Origin: a virus
Taxonomy: Duplodnaviria > Caudoviricetes
Reading direction: 5' to 3' (one strand)
IMG/VR virus record: IMGVR_UViG_2904156775_000002
Span: 11,714-75,713 of that record
DNA: 64,000 nucleotides
Position numbers and translations under genes: made by a program. This document shows positions 60,016 to 64,000 of the stretch, piece after piece. Position 1 is the first letter of the stretch. The number at the start of each line of letters is the position of its first letter. The notes below the pieces were generated by a model. It was not told where the DNA came from and did not search any database. It saw nothing but the letters and a program-made list of their open reading frames with translations.

Positions 60016-60510
60016 TTATGAGTCTTGATTGGCTAGCCGATAATACTCCCGGTAAAGCTGCAGCAGCTCCGATTCTTTCTCCGCGATCAGCTCGGAGATT
60101 TCTTCCAAACGAGGTCCGGCAGGCTCGCCGTTTCCGTCAGTCGATGACGTATCGTCATCTGCATTCGTCGATGGCGGCTGCTCCTCGGGCATCCCCTGTT
60201 CGGTCGTCTGGTCCCAATTGAGCATAAAACCGAACGTTCCGGCAACCCAGTCATCCGCTTCTTCCCTGCCGGATTCCCGATAGATGCTTGCGTATTTTTC
60301 CAATGCTGCGTTTACGGTCAACCGACGCTCCCAGCCCAGAATCCCTACCGCATCCTTGGCCCGAGAGACGGCCAGCATCAGCTGAAAGTCGTTCAGCTTG
60401 CCACGCACGGCTTCAATATGATCAATTTCACTCATCAATATCGGGTACACATTAGCGAATTCTATCGATTCCTGCACCATATCATCTTCCGAAATGATAA
60501 GGCGTTCCAT
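60016..60510 (-). CDS. Hypothetical protein
   Basis: 164 aa, RBS-like ggaaggg upstream, hairpin agagagcaggca/tgcctgctctct downstream. Confidence 0.6.
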   Translation of the reverse strand: MERLIISEDDMVQESIEFANVYPILMSEIDHIEAVRGKLNDFQLMLAVSRAKDAVGILGWERRLTVNAALEKYASIYRESGREEADDWVAGTFGFMLNWDQTTEQGMPEEQPPSTNADDDTSSTDGNGEPAGPRLEEISELIAEKESELLQLYREYYRLANQDS

Positions 60511-60589
60511 TCCCGCTCAATCCCTTCCTGTTGGTTTCGGTTGCGTTCCTTCTATAGTATTCGAAGCTTAGTTGTAAATTCAGGCGGAC

Positions 60590-60790
60590 CAATGTTGTAA
60601 TTTTTCTTTGTTTACCTGCCACAAAGCATAAGCAAGCATCGTCTCTGTGGCGAATAGCAATTCCATATGTGCATACTGATGCGCTTCGGATGTGGGTGGC
60701 AAGCTCAAAGCCAAGTTCCTGCTTGGCAGTACGAAGGAACATTTTAATGGGTCAGCGTATAGACTTCGAGTGCTTGTTCCGGTTTAAGAA
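60590..60790 (-). pseudogene. C-terminal remnant of a DDE (IS4/IS701-like) transposase
   Basis: Frameshifted pieces EQALEVY / MFLRTAKQELG / SEAHQYAHMELLF fit the Y..RW.IE..FR..KQ.LG signature. Confidence 0.5.
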
Positions 60791-60909
60791 TGATTACAAG
60801 CTGTCCCCACTCCGTCCCTAAAGCAAAAAGACACTCATTCCTCATGGGTGCCCGAAAAAAATGAAAATAAAAAATCCCTTTCATATCAAGGGATTTCGCA
60901 TTTCTTATG

Positions 60910-60968
60910 TGGTGCCGAGGACGGGAACCGAACCCGTACGGTGGTCACCCACCGCAGGATTTTAAGTC
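60910..60968 (-). repeat. 3' fragment of tRNA-Leu(TAA): att site of prophage 3
   Basis: GACTTAAAATCCTGCGGTGGGTGACCACCGTACGGGTTCGGTTCCCGTCCTCGGCACCA with long variable arm; no 5' half upstream. Confidence 0.85.
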
Positions 60969-61184
60969 AAACGGCGGTCGGCTTAAAAGATTTGATGCCG
61001 TACGGCGTTTCCTGTACGTTGCCCCTCGTATTTAACAGTATTACTCACAGTATAGCCTCCGCTGGCCTCATCGTTGGCTAAAAATCCTGACGCGGCTCTA
61101 ATCGTGTTCTCGAAAAAAACGCGCCTTATATCCACTACGGTAATTCTATCATTACGCTGCTTATCTCGCAATACCAACGCAACT

Positions 61185-61460
61185 TCAACCCGTCCGACTC
61201 CGGTCCGCCCACGTATACGGCCGACGGGCTTCGACACCTCTACGTTCCTCTGGCGCAATAACTTTAACGATCCCGGCCCGCTCATCCCACGTTATGTACC
61301 GATCATCCGCCAACTCCCGTATTGCTGCCGATATCTGTCCCGACGTCCGGCCGGACAATCGCGCCAACCGATTATCGTTGACCCTTGCGGCCGCCGATTG
61401 GTATAAGTTGAAAAATATACGGTGCAATTTACGAGCTGTATCGTCTAACATTTTGCTCAT
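61185..61460 (-). CDS. Winged-helix DNA-binding-like phage protein
   Basis: MLDDTARKLHRIF...LARLSGRTSGQISAAIRELADDRYITW; RBS ggaggt; degenerate SOS box GAACATATGATC at 61523-61534. Confidence 0.6.
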   Translation of the reverse strand: MSKMLDDTARKLHRIFFNLYQSAAARVNDNRLARLSGRTSGQISAAIRELADDRYITWDERAGIVKVIAPEERRGVEARRPYTWADRSRTG

Positions 61461-61718
61461 TCTTCGCCACCTCCGAAATTCAGCGTATATCACATCAGAA
61501 TTATAGAGCTTCATTTTAATGGGATCATATGTTCTAGTCAATAAACAAGGATAATGCACTTCTTTCTTTAGTTCTACTTAGTTTGGAATATCTGAATACT
61601 ACTATTTACCTACTTTTTTGATCTATTTTAGGAAATATATAGCAATGATGTGTGTTATAGGGTAATATATCCATCAGAAGACAAGTAACTTTGAGGGTGT
61701 AATATAGGGGGATAACAA

Positions 61719-62189
61719 TTGACAAATATTATTTCTATAGCGCTTTCTTTAATACTTCCACTTGTGCTTCTAATATATGGAGACAAAATTAAAGAGTATT
61801 ATTCAAACAAAAGCATAAAAAACACTGAAAAAAGAATCTACCAACTAAGGAAGAACCTTAATAGGTACAGTAGTTTTAGAAACAATCCCTCAACCTTAAT
61901 AACCTGGGGATTAAACATAATCTTTACTATTCTAATCTGGATTTTTGTTCTCTATACTTTTAGGTACTACGCCTCAATCCTCACTGAGATTAGTACTGAG
62001 GCATTTAAAGAAATAAATTACACTTTAGATATACTTTCTTTCATTGTTTTTTACGTGATATTTTTAAACCTTGTTTACCAATCAAAAACAATAAAAAACT
62101 TAAGAGACTATGAACGATATATTCTTACACTAAATAAAAAAATTGAACAAGCAGAACTTGCTATTCAGAAGAAGAAAAACGCTAAATAG
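61719..62189 (+). CDS. AT-rich membrane protein (prophage moron)
   Basis: Three hydrophobic segments; opposite strand to the phage genes; RBS ggggg and downstream hairpin. Confidence 0.65.
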   Translation: MTNIISIALSLILPLVLLIYGDKIKEYYSNKSIKNTEKRIYQLRKNLNRYSSFRNNPSTLITWGLNIIFTILIWIFVLYTFRYYASILTEISTEAFKEINYTLDILSFIVFYVIFLNLVYQSKTIKNLRDYERYILTLNKKIEQAELAIQKKKNAK

Positions 62190-62326
62190 ATTGAAAAGAG
62201 CTCGCTAACCGTAATTGGTTATCGAGCTCTAGTTTAAGGCTGGGCTTTCAGTCGTTAAGATTGATCGGAGGAAATCAACGAAATGTGTCGAATGTAATAC
62301 GTATCCAAATATAGGAGGCGTTACTT

Positions 62327-62575
62327 ATGCAAATGATATCGGTATTGTCTTCGAATATTTCTGCAATTGGTTACGACGCAGCCGCCCATCATCTATATGT
62401 CCGGTTCCATTCGGGTACGACATACCGATATAGCGGGGTTCCTTCGTCTATTCATTCCGGGTTGATGAACGCCACGTCAAAAGATAGCTACTTAACTCAC
62501 TGTATTAAAGACCGGTTCCCCTGCAGTACCAGTTCGCTAATCAACGTTAATCACTACGATGGCTGGACCGTTTAA
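62327..62575 (+). CDS. KTSC-domain protein (C-terminus possibly degenerate)
   Basis: VLSSNISAIGYD....LYVRFHSG.TYRYSGVP...LMNATSK; RBS aggagg. Confidence 0.8.
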   Translation: MQMISVLSSNISAIGYDAAAHHLYVRFHSGTTYRYSGVPSSIHSGLMNATSKDSYLTHCIKDRFPCSTSSLINVNHYDGWTV

Positions 62576-62680
62576 GTTAATGCTTACATTTTCGTACGGT
62601 TCGACCATCGCTGTTTGTACGCCCTCGCGTTTCGCTAATTCTTTCGTCAGTTCCTTCGTACTATACTCCGCTAGTGTCAC
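62537..62680 (-). CDS. BC1881-like small phage protein
   Basis: STKELTKELAKREGV....VEPYE.......GPAIVVINVD; GTG start after ggaggtga. Confidence 0.7.
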   Translation of the reverse strand: MTLAEYSTKELTKELAKREGVQTAMVEPYENVSINLNGPAIVVINVD

Positions 62681-62693
62681 ACGTTCACCTCCG

Positions 62694-63407
62694 TCATTTA
62701 TTAATGCATACGGTCCTCGTCGCCGCATCCCACGTCACCTTATCATCTACGCCGCACATCTCGCCAACGGCCGCCGCGATTTCTCGTGCGGGAACGTACG
62801 TCGTGCTATTCGTAATGTGGTCGTCGGACAATTTCGTTCCATTAACGATTACGTTTACGAACGATAACGTTGCTGTATTCGTAGATGGCTGCGTTGGCTT
62901 AACCGGCTCTGTCGGCTTCAGCGGCGTAAGCTTTCCGGAAACCATCGTCTTAAACTCGGTCCATCCCGTCCACTTACCGTCCTTGTTCATGAGGCGCGGA
63001 CAATTCTTACGGCTCCAATCGTAATGACGACGCAGCCAATCAACGCCCCAGCCGCGTTCACGTAACATGTTTGCTACTAGTTCCGCTGCCCGATTGAGTG
63101 TCTTCGCGTAATCGCCGGATTCGCAAATCTCGATTCCGATAGATGTACGATTACCGCTAACGGCTTTACTACCGTCCCCCGCGTGCCAACCGACCTCGTT
63201 AAGCGGTAGACATTCGATTGTCTCACGTTCATCGATTGCGATATGACACGATGCCGTCACCTTATTCGTTGGGTTCGTCAGCCAATTACGTTCATTGCGT
63301 GCGGTAGATTTCCGGTATTGTGGATCGTAATATATGTCGGAACCATTGCGTCCTGGACGCCGATTACACGGAGTAGACTTCGGAATATGATCGATTATAT
63401 ACGTCAT
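62694..63407 (-). pseudogene. XlyA-like N-acetylmuramoyl-L-alanine amidase with its first catalytic motif out of frame
   Basis: ASCHIAID, GWHAGDG, SIGIEIC and HYDWS.KNCP are in frame, but YITIHNTGN is encoded in another frame. Confidence 0.75.
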
Positions 63408-63818
63408 TACTTTCCGCTTCCCATTGTTTTCAAAACGTCGATTACATCGCGCAGCTTGTCCGGCTGCGGCATCCCGGACCTGCCGAGATTCTCCGATATG
63501 CTAACCAACTCATTTGCGATGTAGAAGTAGACGGCGGCCGTCATTACAATCGCGTCGAGTCCGAGTAGGATATCGATCCGGTGCGCTAGGAAGATAACGA
63601 GCAGCGCCAGCCTTTTTTGCCCGCGCCAATACTCGCAACTGAGGACGATAAGCCGCGACCCTCCGCTCTACTTGCGTAAATACCGGTTATGATATCGATA
63701 GCGAATGCGACAAGTAGAAACGATATTGCTTCCGTCCAATGTACGAACGCATACGCTACAACCGCTCTGGCTGCGCTGGCTGCGACCCTGATACTCCGTT
63801 AATAGTTACGAGATTCAT
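63407..63818 (-). pseudogene. Phage holin with two frameshifts
   Basis: Fragments FAIDIITGIYAS..EGRGLSS and LAHRIDILL...YFYIANELVSISENLGR lie in different frames. Confidence 0.8.
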
Positions 63819-64000
63819 TCCGAATCAACCTCCGTTGTATAATGTTTTATTGCTGCCGTAATTTCCGTCTGCAACTCCGTTAATATCTGCGTCTCCTTGC
63901 CGGGATGGATATGTAGGAATTCGAAAATAACGTTATTGATTTCCGGGATCGGTTCGGATGCGTTAACGAGAAATTCGAGCTTATGCGTGACTTTCTTCAT
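63815..64000 (-). CDS. Small phage hypothetical protein
   Basis: 61 aa; stop overlaps the holin start (ATGA); at the window edge. Confidence 0.5.
   Translation of the reverse strand: MKKVTHKLEFLVNASEPIPEINNVIFEFLHIHPGKETQILTELQTEITAAIKHYTTEVDSE

Larger units (their letters stand above)
60969..64000 (-). mobile_element. Prophage 3, decaying lysis/accessory end; continues beyond the window
   Basis: Holin and amidase pseudogenes, BC1881-like/KTSC pair and moron adjoining the tRNA-derived att. Confidence 0.8.

Noticed and set aside
60848-61081. 77 aa ORF, or a complete tRNA-Leu
   Set aside because: The ORF is an antisense read of the tRNA fragment; the 5' half of the tRNA is missing and the T loop is altered
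60983-61185. Possible YolD-like remnant downstream of the winged-helix gene
   Set aside because: The context fits, but similarity is too weak to support by eye
1-64000. CRISPR array or cas genes
   Set aside because: No regularly spaced repeats with unique spacers and no Cas-like ORFs seen

Overview
Bacillota DNA, most likely Paenibacillus-like (inferred from SLH proteins, LexA/Cheo boxes and gene families), containing three phage-derived elements separated by host genes. (1) 1-~28.7 kb (+): tail and lysis half of a large SPbeta-like siphoviral element. It has a major tail protein, TP901-type tape measure, a Dit split over separate ORFs, a Tal/spike with a gp5-like C-terminus followed by a PAAR-like gene, an AT-rich tandem array of domain-shuffled lectin-like proteins sharing N- and C-terminal motifs, holin and endolysin. 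It ends in a stand-alone recombinase zinc-ribbon gene and tRNA-Val(GAC). (2) 29.1-34.3 kb: host genes (SLH protein, ung, RCC1-repeat protein, NucA/NucB-excalibur lipoprotein). (3) 34.4-50.1 kb (-): a compact 'headless' phage-tail operon that keeps portal, scaffold, neck and full tail genes but has no terminase, capsid, integrase or lysis genes. A consensus sigma-A promoter and two LexA boxes lie upstream of its genes, and its -1 chaperone frameshift is intact, making it a candidate SOS-induced tailocin. (4) A GC-rich GH87 alpha-1,3-glucanase-like gene with eight beta-trefoil repeats and SLH domains. (5) An intact IS110 element with a CT core at both junctions and a putative bridge RNA. (6) A tRNA-Leu(TAA) 3' fragment (att site) followed by the decaying lysis end of a third prophage. 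All protein calls come from motif recognition by eye; no database searches were run.
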